Below, in pieces: positions 27,252-35,128 of a stretch of 64,000 nt of DNA. The notes under the pieces are model-generated. The model ran no database searches and was not told where the DNA came from. It was given only the letters and a program-made list of their open reading frames with translations. The translations under genes and the position numbers were made by a program. Source of the stretch: Eubacteriales bacterium. Lineage in GTDB: Bacteria; Bacillota; Clostridia; Oscillospirales; SIG627. The stretch spans positions 960 to 64,959 of the forward strand of contig JAZNRO010000124.1 in NCBI GenBank assembly GCA_045590715.1, written 5' to 3'. How positions within the stretch are numbered: position 1 is the first letter of the stretch; every line of letters begins with the position of its first letter.

Positions 27252-27869
27252 TTAATATCCTAAGTTTTCATCAATTAAAATGATCTCATACACAGCGCCG
27301 GCAGGCTTCTCCCAAAAAACAGAGAGATTTCTGCAAATACGCTCCGGACTATTACAGTTATAACAGCGATCGGCATTTTTCGCACAAGGCGTCTTTCGAT
27401 TAAGCCTTTGGGCATTCTTGGGGCCAGCGATATTGCGGGCGCGGTGAATGGCATCCTCCAAAGTCGGTGCCACCTTATTTTTTCCGATGATAAGATAAAT
27501 TTCGCCGGGGCCATAGGAAATGGCCGCTACCCGGTTGCCGGTATGGTCAATATTGACAATTTCTCCTTCTTCGGAAATGCCGTTGACGGAACTTACGTAT
27601 ACGTCTGATCTGGCGGCCGCGCTTCTTACTTCCATAACAGTCATTCCTTCCGGCATTTTATCGTGCCAGAGAACTTTGTTTTGGGTGGACAAGATCTCAT
27701 ATAAATTCATTTGGCCTAAAGTGACAGAACCGCCAAAGCCTACTGTTTTATTTTTAATTTTACACTTTAAATATTCAGATGCACTTTCTTTATTCTCAAA
27801 AACAGAAACGTGATATCCTTTTTGCTCTAAACTCACCACAAGTTTGGAAAAATCAAATTTTTCAGCCAT
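27252..27869 (-). CDS. LUD-domain (LutC/YkgG-like) protein with Cys-rich C-terminus
   Basis: Start at MAEKFDF (GAGGG 8 nt upstream). GFGGSVTL motif. C-terminal CAKNADRCYNCNSPERIC. Confidence 0.6.
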   Translation of the reverse strand: MAEKFDFSKLVVSLEQKGYHVSVFENKESASEYLKCKIKNKTVGFGGSVTLGQMNLYEILSTQNKVLWHDKMPEGMTVMEVRSAAARSDVYVSSVNGISEEGEIVNIDHTGNRVAAISYGPGEIYLIIGKNKVAPTLEDAIHRARNIAGPKNAQRLNRKTPCAKNADRCYNCNSPERICRNLSVFWEKPAGAVYEIILIDENLGY

Positions 27870-27932
27870 CTTTTTATCCCTCAATGTTATTTTCATTTAT
27901 TGTATCATAAAGCAAAAAAAAGTCAATGAAAA

Positions 27933-27964
27933 GAAAAACCCCAAACCAAATGGTTTCGGGTTTT
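27933..27964 (-). terminator. rplM-rpsI operon terminator
   Basis: CCCGAAACC/GGTTTGGGG hairpin followed by a U-run on the minus strand. Confidence 0.6.
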
Positions 27965-27984
27965 GAATTCTCTGAAATAATAAC

Positions 27985-28392
27985 TTATCTCTTGGAGAAC
28001 TGGGAAGCACGACGAGCTGCTTTGAGACCGTACTTCTTTCTTTCCTTCATTCTGGGGTCACGAGTGAGGAATCCAGCCTTCTTCAGAGCGGGACGGAAGC
28101 TTTCAGCATCTGCCTGCAGAAGAGCTCTGGAAATACCGTGACGGATCGCACCAGCCTGGCCGGAAACACCGCCGCCTACAACGTTGCAAACAATGTCGAA
28201 CTTGCCCATATTACCGGTAAGTTCCAGGGGCTGACGAACGATGAGTTTCAGGGTATCAAGGCCGAAGTAATCATCAATATCTCTCTTATTGATGGTGATG
28301 GCGCCGGTACCGGGATAAATACGAACACGGGCGATAGATTTCTTTCTTCTGCCGGTGCCGTAGAAATAAGGTTTCGCACTAGTGTAATTCAT
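27985..28392 (-). CDS. rpsI: 30S ribosomal protein S9
   Basis: 135 aa. [12 protein letters not shown] and the C-terminal [18 protein letters not shown]. Confidence 0.95.
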   Translation of the reverse strand: MNYTSAKPYFYGTGRRKKSIARVRIYPGTGAITINKRDIDDYFGLDTLKLIVRQPLELTGNMGKFDIVCNVVGGGVSGQAGAIRHGISRALLQADAESFRPALKKAGFLTRDPRMKERKKYGLKAARRASQFSKR

Positions 28393-28414
28393 TATCTTCT
28401 TCCTTTCTCAATCT

Positions 28415-28843
28415 TTAGAACTCAAGGCTAACAGGCTGCTGAGCAGCGTGCTGATGAGCTTCACCTGCATATACTTTCAAGCGGGTAAGGCTCTTTCTGC
28501 CGATGGTGTTCTTGGGAAGCATACCCTTCACTGCAAGGAAGATTGCTTTCTCGGGGTTCTTGGTCATCAGTTCTTTGTAACCGATTTCCTTCAGACCGCC
28601 GATGTAACCGGTGTGATATCTGTATTTTTTCTGTTCCAACTTGTTGCCGGTGAGAATAGCCTTATCAGCATTGATTACAATTACGTACTCACCACAGTCA
28701 ACGTGGGGGGTGAACTCAGGACGGTTCTTACCGCGGAGAATGGTAGCAGCAGCGGCTGCAACCTTTCCGAGAGGTTTGCCCTGGGCGTCGAGAACGTACC
28801 ATTTGCGTTCAATGGTTTCGGCTTTTGCCATAAAAGTGGACAT
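28415..28843 (-). CDS. rplM: 50S ribosomal protein L13
   Basis: 142 aa. [37 protein letters not shown]. Confidence 0.95.
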   Translation of the reverse strand: MSTFMAKAETIERKWYVLDAQGKPLGKVAAAAATILRGKNRPEFTPHVDCGEYVIVINADKAILTGNKLEQKKYRYHTGYIGGLKEIGYKELMTKNPEKAIFLAVKGMLPKNTIGRKSLTRLKVYAGEAHQHAAQQPVSLEF

Positions 28844-28877
28844 TGCATTTCCTCCGAATTTCTTAATTTACTTGCCT

Positions 28878-28906
28878 ATTATATAAGAGGAAAAATGCTT
28901 TGTCAA
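28878..28906 (-). promoter_or_regulatory. Sigma-A-like promoter of rplM-rpsI
   Basis: Minus strand TTGACA, 17 nt spacer, TATAAT. Confidence 0.6.
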
Positions 28907-29077
28907 TAGCTTTTTTGCAAAAAAATATTTTTTTATATTGTTATCTCTTTTTTTCTCCCGTTTTCTCTTAAAAGCTCGTTTTTTCTAAATTTAAGACTAA
29001 TTATTTTTAACAATTTAAAGACGGTATTTTTCATAGGTTTGCGGGAGACCTATGACGTAGAAATAAGAACATATAAC

Positions 29078-29171
29078 ATTTTGTAGGGGCGAAATGTGTT
29101 CGCCCGTCAAGGTTTGTGCAGATTTTGCGGACGAACACAGTTCGCCCCTACGGATTGATTGTTTTGCAGGC
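29078..29171. repeat. REP doublet, composite copy A (forward unit 29083-29105, reverse unit 29129-29151)
   Basis: GTAGGGGCGAAATGTGTTCGCCC ... GGACGAACACAGTTCGCCCCTAC plus a conserved tail. About 90% identical to 32736-32829. Confidence 0.8.
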
Positions 29172-29182
29172 TGTCGGAGATG

Positions 29183-29225
29183 AAAAAACAAAAAAATAGC
29201 TTGCTCCGAAGAGCAAGCTATTTTG
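29183..29225 (-). terminator. Terminator of the large-protein/59-aa-ORF unit
   Basis: Minus strand ATAGCTTGCTC-TTCG-GAGCAAGCTAT followed by TTTTTTTGTTTTTT. Confidence 0.75.
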
Positions 29226-29236
29226 TTTTGGTTTAA

Positions 29237-29416
29237 TTACCAGAGGGAAACGCCGCCGCTGATAACAGAGGAATCGGTAGTACCGGTGGTACCGGAACCG
29301 AGAACTGCATCAGCATTGCCGATCATTCCTGCATTGATTACAACGGAACCAGCAAGAACGTCTTCCTGCATGAAAGCGATCATTTCCAGAGCGGGTGCTT
29401 CATAAACTTTTTTCAT
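29237..29416 (-). CDS. 59-aa peptide ORF (not in ORF track)
   Basis: GGGAGGTG lies 7 nt upstream of the ATG, and the ATG is 15 nt after the upstream stop. Translation: MKKVYEAPALEMIAFMQEDVLAGSVVINAGMIGNADAVLGSGTTGTTDSSVISGGVSLW. Confidence 0.6.
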   Translation of the reverse strand: MKKVYEAPALEMIAFMQEDVLAGSVVINAGMIGNADAVLGSGTTGTTDSSVISGGVSLW

Positions 29417-29431
29417 TATTCTGCACCTCCC

Positions 29432-32401
29432 TTATGCGTTTGCTGCAACAGCAGCTGCCTGGATGTAGAAGAGGAATGCTTCAGCAGCTTCATCGGTTTC
29501 AGCAGCCATCTGTGCAAGAGTTGCAACGGAGCCGCGGAATTCGAAGTAAGCACCGCCTTCGTAGCCGTCCTTAACCTTCAGAGCGAAGTTTTCTTCCATA
29601 TTCTGAGCAGCGAAGTACAGGTCGATAGTGATAGTCTGAGCATCGGTATCTACAACAGCCTTATCAGCCCAATCCATAGCGTTGAAGGTAACCATCAGAT
29701 CGGTGGGCATAGTAGAGAGAGTCAGAGTGAATCTAACGCCGGTAACGTTGGTCATGATGAAGTCAGCCTTCAGACCGGTAACGTCTGCCTGCTTTTCACC
29801 CTTTTCCAGGGAGAAGTCATATTCTTTAGCTTCAGCTTCGTAAGCGGAGGTGAAGCCTTCTTCATTTGCACCGCAAAGGTTTACAAGAGCCTGAGCCCAG
29901 GTCTGCCATGCACCGTCCAGCTGTTCTGCACCGAGAGCAGCGATGGTAGCAACAGACAGTTCAACGTCGGAAGCGAGAGAGCCGCCGAAGGTGAACGCGG
30001 TGTTGAAGTTGGGATAACCAACTGCGTAGGTAACTACGGAGTAGTAGGTTTCGTCGTAATCAGCGAGACCTTCTTCAGGATCTACAACAGAAGTACCGTT
30101 CATAAGGATGTCGTAGGTAAAGCCATCGATAGCATTAACTTCTTCTTTCAAGAACAGGAAGCGAATACCAAGAGCGGTATTGTTGTCGTCCATGATAACA
30201 GTAGCAGAAGCAGGAGCTACGGTGGTAGGAGCGGGAACGTAACCGTCGGTTACGTAGATGTCGCCGTTTTCTTCAACAACCTTACCAACGTTGGTCTCAT
30301 CGGTACCAGCCTGAGTGGTGGTAACAGTGAGGTTGCCAGCTGCGCCTACGAAGAGGATGCTGTAGGTGTCGGTATCAGCCCAAGAACCGGTGTTACGAAC
30401 AACAACGGAACCGGTAGCATTATTTACGGTGATCTTAGCCTGATAGAAGTCAATACGACCGCCGTTCATAGAGAAGCTGTCGATTTCGAGACCATCAGTG
30501 TTGGAACCGAACTTAACGATATCGGTAGCTTTGGTGCTCACAACTTCAAAGGTAGAAGAAGCAACAGTGGTATCAGCCTGCTTCTTGGTGATCATTTTTT
30601 CGAAATAACCGTCAGAAACGATGGTCTTAACGTCGCCTGCTACAGCGCCGGTCTTATTTGCATTTTCTGCATAGAAGAGACCTTTGAACTGAGGATAGTT
30701 TGCGCCGGCAAGAGCATTTTCAGAGGTGCCTTCTTCATAGTCTGCTGCCTGACCGGTAATACCACAAATATTGTTGGTAATATTGATAGCCTCAGTGCTC
30801 TTGTTCTGTACGCCACCGTGGAAGGTGGACATCAGGATACCTGCAGTGATATTGTTTACGATATCAGCGTAGGTGTAGTAGCGAGATCCGAAGAACGCGC
30901 CGTTAATGGTACCGCCATTGATGTTGTTGGTAGCGGGTTTTGCATCTTCGCCGCTTACAGAACGGTTCTCCCATACGGAAGCACCGGAGTAATTATTGAT
31001 GCTAGCGTTGCCTTCCAAAGTGAAGGTGTAGTTACCAGTTACGTAACCGTTAAGGCTAGAAGCTCTGGTAGCCATAACATCACCGGTAACAACTGCGTCA
31101 CCGCCAACGGTGATAGAGAAGTCGCCGATGAGGAATGCATCGCAGAAGCCCTGAACGGTGCCGATTACGTGACCGCCGAGAACGTTGATCTCGCAATCGC
31201 CATAGAAGAATTCAGCGGTAGTGCCGCCGCCATTGTTATCTGCATAGATGTTAGCAACGTTACCGGAGTAAACGGTAACTTCTGCCTGACCAACGGGCTT
31301 ACCGAGAACCTGGAACATATTGATGCTATTAAAATCAGCAGTATCGGAATTTTCATTACCGTTATCGATGATGATCTTGGCATCAACTTCAAAAGGTCTA
31401 ACGGTAGCCTGTCTGTTTGCAGCCTCGGTCAGATAGTCAGCATTACCGTAAACGATTACGTCTTCGATTTCATTTGCGGGATCGCCGCCTCTCTGCATCA
31501 AGCCCTGGAAGGCTGCGATGTTTTCAGCGGTGAGATCAGAACCGGAAGCAGTAATGTCATCAGACTTACCGTAAGTACCGGAAGGAGTTGCAGCAACGCC
31601 GGCACAGGTAATAAAGGTGTTTGCAGTAGTTACGCTGGTGCCTTTACCGAAGATGAAACCGGTGTCAACAAAGCCGTCGCCGTCTTTGTCGTTAGCGGTG
31701 ATCTTTTCGGGCTGAGCTACGTTGCTAGCCTGCCAGTTGTAGAAAGTATCTCCGCCATAAGCGTCAGCATTGAAATAAAGTTTCTTGCCTTCTGCGGGAG
31801 TGGGAAGATTTACGTCATGGAAGGTAACCAGACCGGAACCTGCCTGGATGTAAGCGTCTTCACCAGAAGTAACGGAGAAGGTCACATTGGTGAAGAAGTA
31901 ATCATTTGCAAATTCTAAACGATCGGTCTTGTTGATCTTGAGGGTAGAAGCTTTGTCCGCTTCAATACCTTCAATGACGATGGGGAGTTTGGTGTTGTCT
32001 TCTCTGAAGATAGTCATCGCACCGAAAGCGGTTTTGCCACTCTTACCGGTGTTTTTACCGTCTGAAAAGGCAGTCAGAGAGTCCTTGAATTTTACAACGA
32101 GGACAGATCCTGCTTCGTAGGCCTGGGTTCTAACAGCTGCATCAGTCAATACAGCGTAAAGATTCCAAGCGCTCTTCAGAACGGTGTCTTCTGAAGTCAA
32201 GCCTGCTTCATCAGCGGTAGCACCGCCGCCCAAAGCATAGTAGATTTTGGTCGCACCTTCTCTGGGGTCGGAGTAAGAATACTCGTACTCAGCGGGTGCT
32301 TCAGTTTCTTCTGCTGCAACGCCGGTAGCCAAGGCACCTGCTACACAGGAGAACAGCATCAAAACTGCGAGAAATACAGAAAGAAGTTTTGTAATTCTCA
32401 T
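29432..32401 (-). CDS. Large secreted protein (989 aa), beta-helix-like, unknown family
   Basis: ATG at 32401 with AAAGGAGG upstream. Sec signal MRITKLLSVFLAVLMLFSCVAGALA. G/T/A/N/V-rich. No anchor motif recognised. The track ORF adds 52 implausible N-terminal residues. Confidence 0.8.
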   Translation of the reverse strand: MRITKLLSVFLAVLMLFSCVAGALATGVAAEETEAPAEYEYSYSDPREGATKIYYALGGGATADEAGLTSEDTVLKSAWNLYAVLTDAAVRTQAYEAGSVLVVKFKDSLTAFSDGKNTGKSGKTAFGAMTIFREDNTKLPIVIEGIEADKASTLKINKTDRLEFANDYFFTNVTFSVTSGEDAYIQAGSGLVTFHDVNLPTPAEGKKLYFNADAYGGDTFYNWQASNVAQPEKITANDKDGDGFVDTGFIFGKGTSVTTANTFITCAGVAATPSGTYGKSDDITASGSDLTAENIAAFQGLMQRGGDPANEIEDVIVYGNADYLTEAANRQATVRPFEVDAKIIIDNGNENSDTADFNSINMFQVLGKPVGQAEVTVYSGNVANIYADNNGGGTTAEFFYGDCEINVLGGHVIGTVQGFCDAFLIGDFSITVGGDAVVTGDVMATRASSLNGYVTGNYTFTLEGNASINNYSGASVWENRSVSGEDAKPATNNINGGTINGAFFGSRYYTYADIVNNITAGILMSTFHGGVQNKSTEAINITNNICGITGQAADYEEGTSENALAGANYPQFKGLFYAENANKTGAVAGDVKTIVSDGYFEKMITKKQADTTVASSTFEVVSTKATDIVKFGSNTDGLEIDSFSMNGGRIDFYQAKITVNNATGSVVVRNTGSWADTDTYSILFVGAAGNLTVTTTQAGTDETNVGKVVEENGDIYVTDGYVPAPTTVAPASATVIMDDNNTALGIRFLFLKEEVNAIDGFTYDILMNGTSVVDPEEGLADYDETYYSVVTYAVGYPNFNTAFTFGGSLASDVELSVATIAALGAEQLDGAWQTWAQALVNLCGANEEGFTSAYEAEAKEYDFSLEKGEKQADVTGLKADFIMTNVTGVRFTLTLSTMPTDLMVTFNAMDWADKAVVDTDAQTITIDLYFAAQNMEENFALKVKDGYEGGAYFEFRGSVATLAQMAAETDEAAEAFLFYIQAAAVAANA

Positions 32402-32501
32402 TTTGGGTTTTCCTCCTTTTAAATTTCTACCCTTTGGGTAGATTAATATTGTTACGTAAGTGGTAGGCTGCAAAAGGAAACAATACCACCTATGCAAAGA
32501 T

Positions 32502-32530
32502 ATTCTATCAAAGAATAATCTTTTCGTCAA
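32502..32530 (-). promoter_or_regulatory. Sigma-A-like promoter of the large secreted protein gene
   Basis: Minus strand TTGACG, 17 nt spacer, TAGAAT. The 5' UTR is about 95 nt and contains two hairpins. Confidence 0.55.
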
Positions 32531-32735
32531 CCTTTTCTCATTATTTAATTTTAACAAAAATAAAGTTCACAATTTGTTCAGCTTTGCTTTTCGTCCCAAG
32601 ATCTAGCAAAAAGGTTTAAATTCCGGCATTTTTTGCTATATGTGGAAATTCCTTCCTTTTATTATATATAGAGAAAATATGAGTTTTGCATTGAATTTGC
32701 GGGCCGTCGGGGATGTGCACACAAGCACACATAGT

Positions 32736-32925
32736 ATTTTGTAGGGGCAAACTGTGTTCGCCCGCCAGGGTTTGTACAGATTTCACGGGCGAACACAGTT
32801 CGCCCCTACGGATTGATTGTTTTACAGGCGAACACAGTTTGTCCGTACGGGTTGTTTGCGTTGCGGGCGAACACAGTTCGCCCCTACAATAGTTTGTTTT
32901 ATGGGTGCACAAAGTTTGTCCGTAC
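32736..32925. repeat. REP array (composite copy B 32736-32829 plus three further units)
   Basis: Units at 32741-32763 (forward), 32787-32809, 32826-32848, 32865-32887 and 32904-32925 (reverse or degenerate). A second palindrome, GTCCGTACGGG, is interleaved. Confidence 0.8.
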
Positions 32926-32969
32926 GGGTATGTGTGAGCAAAATAAAAAAAGACCCCGAGAGGTCTTTT

Positions 32970-33494
32970 TTATTCAACGTATAATTCATCTTCCCGCCAT
33001 TTTATCGGATTGGAATAGATATAATTGCAAATTTTCACATATTCTTCCTCGGAACGGATAACGCGATCATAGAACGAACGTTGAAATACAGATTGGCCTA
33101 TGCTTTTTGTTATTTTCCCTTTGAATTGCTTCACCATCTGCGATACCGTAGGGGCGAACTGTGTTCGCCTGTCATCTATCTTTTCGATTCGCAATACTAA
33201 ATGAATATGATTGGGCATAATCACATAATAATCAATCTTGACATTTTCGTAAACAGTGTTCCATCGCTCTAATTCAGTTTCAACGCAAATGCCAATAGAA
33301 GACAACGGTAAATTTTGCGGGCGAACACAGTTCGCCCCTACATGCACATAATCATATTTTCCAATTTCAAAACCGTTTTTCCACAAAATCGGGCTTTTGG
33401 CTTCGGTACAAATGGTGATGAAATATCTGCCCTCAGAAGAATAATCGTGCTTATCCCAACGAATTTGCTTTCTTATTTTTAAATCTTTATTCAT
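32970..33494 (-). CDS. REP-associated tyrosine transposase (RAYT / IS200-like Y1 HUH protein)
   Basis: 174 aa from MNKDLKIRK. HUH-like MPNHIHLVL and Tyr motif YIYSNPIKW. The ATG overlaps the prmA TGA (ATGA). A REP array lies about 45 bp beyond its stop. Confidence 0.78.
   Translation of the reverse strand: MNKDLKIRKQIRWDKHDYSSEGRYFITICTEAKSPILWKNGFEIGKYDYVHVGANCVRPQNLPLSSIGICVETELERWNTVYENVKIDYYVIMPNHIHLVLRIEKIDDRRTQFAPTVSQMVKQFKGKITKSIGQSVFQRSFYDRVIRSEEEYVKICNYIYSNPIKWREDELYVE
33148..33169. repeat. REP unit inside the RAYT CDS
   Basis: GTAGGGGCGAACTGTGTTCGCC. Read on the minus strand it encodes RRTQFAPT. Confidence 0.75.
33319..33341. repeat. REP unit inside the RAYT CDS (opposite orientation)
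   Basis: GGGCGAACACAGTTCGCCCCTAC. Read on the minus strand it encodes VGANCVRP. Confidence 0.75.
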
Positions 33495-34441
33495 TTCTTT
33501 AAAGTAAGGCAGACCCAGCCGCCGCTGCGGTGAGTATCGGAGAGGAGAAAACCGTTCTTTAATAAAATAGAACGGATCTCCTCTTCCCTTTCTTCCAAAA
33601 TACCGGAAGCAAGAAGGGTGCCGCCCTCTTTCAGAGCCTTGAAAAGATAGGGTGCCATTTCGCCGATGATACCGGCTACGATATTGGCGCAAATGAGATC
33701 AAAGTCCTTGCCCATTTCCTCCCGTTTATCAGAATCGGAAATGATATCGCCACAGATAAAGGCTTTTTCCTCTATCACAATACCGTTTTTCTCAAAATTT
33801 TCCCGGGCGGTGCGTACGGCGGCTTCATCAATATCCACCGAGATACACTCTCCTGCGCCCAGTTTCATAGCGCCGATACCGAGAATACCGGAGCCACAGC
33901 CCATATCCAAAACGCGATCGCCTTTTTTCAGGGAGCGCTCCACTCCCTCCAGGCAAAGGCGGGTAGTATCGTGAGTACCGCTACCGAAAGCGGCGGCAGG
34001 GTCAATATCAATGACGGCTCTATCCCCTACCTCTTTGGCGCTGACCTCTTCCCAGCAAGGCTTGATGAAAAGGCGCTCTCCTACGGGGAAGGGATAAAAG
34101 TACTGTTTCCAGCGGGTATCCCAATCACTATTTTCTACCAGAATGATCTCACCGCTGACATCAGAATAACCCAGGTTTTCGCAAACGCCCAAAAGGAAGG
34201 ATAAGATCTCCTCCGCGCGGGGTCGATCGGAAACGTCAAAATAAAATTTAATTTCCGGCGGGAGATCCTGCTTTTCAAAGAGATCATCCTCAATATAATC
34301 GCAGAACATTTCCCCGGCGGATTCTAACAGATCGGAATGATCCAGGATTTCAAAAGTGTCATACCCCCCTGCAACAAGAAAGGTCGATACAAGATCGACC
34401 TTTTCTTTGGGGAGCTTGATTTTCAGCTCTAAATAATCCAT
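33491..34441 (-). CDS. prmA: Ribosomal protein L11 methyltransferase
   Basis: 316 aa. FGSGTHDTTRLCLE and the SAM motif VLDMGCGSGILGI. Confidence 0.92.
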   Translation of the reverse strand: MDYLELKIKLPKEKVDLVSTFLVAGGYDTFEILDHSDLLESAGEMFCDYIEDDLFEKQDLPPEIKFYFDVSDRPRAEEILSFLLGVCENLGYSDVSGEIILVENSDWDTRWKQYFYPFPVGERLFIKPCWEEVSAKEVGDRAVIDIDPAAAFGSGTHDTTRLCLEGVERSLKKGDRVLDMGCGSGILGIGAMKLGAGECISVDIDEAAVRTARENFEKNGIVIEEKAFICGDIISDSDKREEMGKDFDLICANIVAGIIGEMAPYLFKALKEGGTLLASGILEEREEEIRSILLKNGFLLSDTHRSGGWVCLTLKK

Positions 34442-34851
34442 CAGAATACGAACTTCTCCAGTTCTGCGGGGAGATCGGACTGATCAATGGAAGAAGTGCA
34501 TACGCAGGAAACTTCATACTTTTTGCAGAGAGCTTCCAGCTTCTGGGTGAAGGCGGTCCAAGCTGCTTTATCATCGCCGCAGATACGAAGGGCGGAGTCG
34601 ATGAAAAGATCCTTCACGTCATAATTGGTAGCGAGAATGCCGGAAACCAAGCCGTAGAGCTCGGCGGCTCCGCTTACGTCATAAGCCTCGGTATCAACCA
34701 GGCGAACTTTGTGATTTACGTCAAAAATAAGTTTATTGGACTTTTCTACGCAAACAACATTACCGGGAGAAGTTTCTACCGCTTTGTTTGCCAGCTCGAT
34801 CAGCTGCTTTGTCTTGCCGCTGCCCTTTAAACCGATGATCAATTTTAACAT
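34441..34851 (-). CDS. Small stand-alone P-loop NTPase (136 aa), unknown family
   Basis: Walker A GLKGSGKT at residues 7-14. Possible Walker B LFIDSA. 1-nt overlap with the prmA start. Confidence 0.6.
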   Translation of the reverse strand: MLKLIIGLKGSGKTKQLIELANKAVETSPGNVVCVEKSNKLIFDVNHKVRLVDTEAYDVSGAAELYGLVSGILATNYDVKDLFIDSALRICGDDKAAWTAFTQKLEALCKKYEVSCVCTSSIDQSDLPAELEKFVF

Positions 34852-35056
34852 AATAAAACCATTCCTTTCCAGTTCCCCGTAAGGGGCCTGTTTCTTTTCA
34901 ATATGTTACCATATTTTGAACAAATTTGCAATAGGATTTTTCGCTTTTTTCAAAAAAAAGTTCATTTCGTGAAAATATCACAAGGTCAAAGGGCTTTTTT
35001 ATCTATTTTCTCCTAAATTCTCAGCTTTTTATCCCAAAGAAGAAAGCTTCAAAATC

Positions 35057-35085
35057 TTGACAGCAATAAAAATGGATGTTACAAT
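35057..35085 (+). promoter_or_regulatory. Sigma-A-like promoter of the Crp/Fnr gene
   Basis: TTGACA, 17 nt spacer, TACAAT. It occupies what the ORF track treats as the 5' end of the ORF. Confidence 0.55.
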
Positions 35086-35128
35086 AGAAACAACAAAAGT
35101 GTATCAAATGGGACAGTTTGGAGGGCCA

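Noticed and set aside
28907-29077. AT-rich 170-bp stretch upstream of the rplM promoter with a CATAGGT/ACCTATG hairpin (29033-29055); considered as an L13 autoregulatory leader or a small RNA.
   Set aside because: It lies upstream of, not within, the predicted rplM transcript. It has no recognisable motif, promoter or terminator pair. It is most likely spacer DNA between the REP doublet and the promoter.
32402-32557. 52-aa N-terminal extension of the large secreted protein ORF (MLKLNNEKRL…).
   Set aside because: The extension covers the promoter and 5' UTR. The internal ATG at 32401 has a strong AAAGGAGG RBS and begins a textbook signal peptide.
32616-32912. 98-aa ORF (…CRGELCSPATQTTRTDKLCSPV…) in the intergenic region next to the RAYT gene.
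   Set aside because: It is simply a translation of the tandem REP units, shown by the repeating GELCSP/DKLCSP peptides. It has no RBS.
32741-32925. Possible CRISPR array, because short repeats recur at ~40-bp spacing.
   Set aside because: The repeat units occur in both orientations and are themselves hairpins with a GTAG tail. The 'spacers' are also repeated (the same spacer recurs at 29106-29128), there are only five units, and no cas genes are present. This behaves like REP/BIME, not CRISPR.
33495-33692. 66-aa N-terminal extension of the RAYT ORF overlapping the 3' end of prmA.
   Set aside because: The extension is Arg-rich nonsense in an alternative frame of prmA. The RAYT homology starts at MNKDLKIRK, whose ATG forms an ATGA overlap with the prmA stop.
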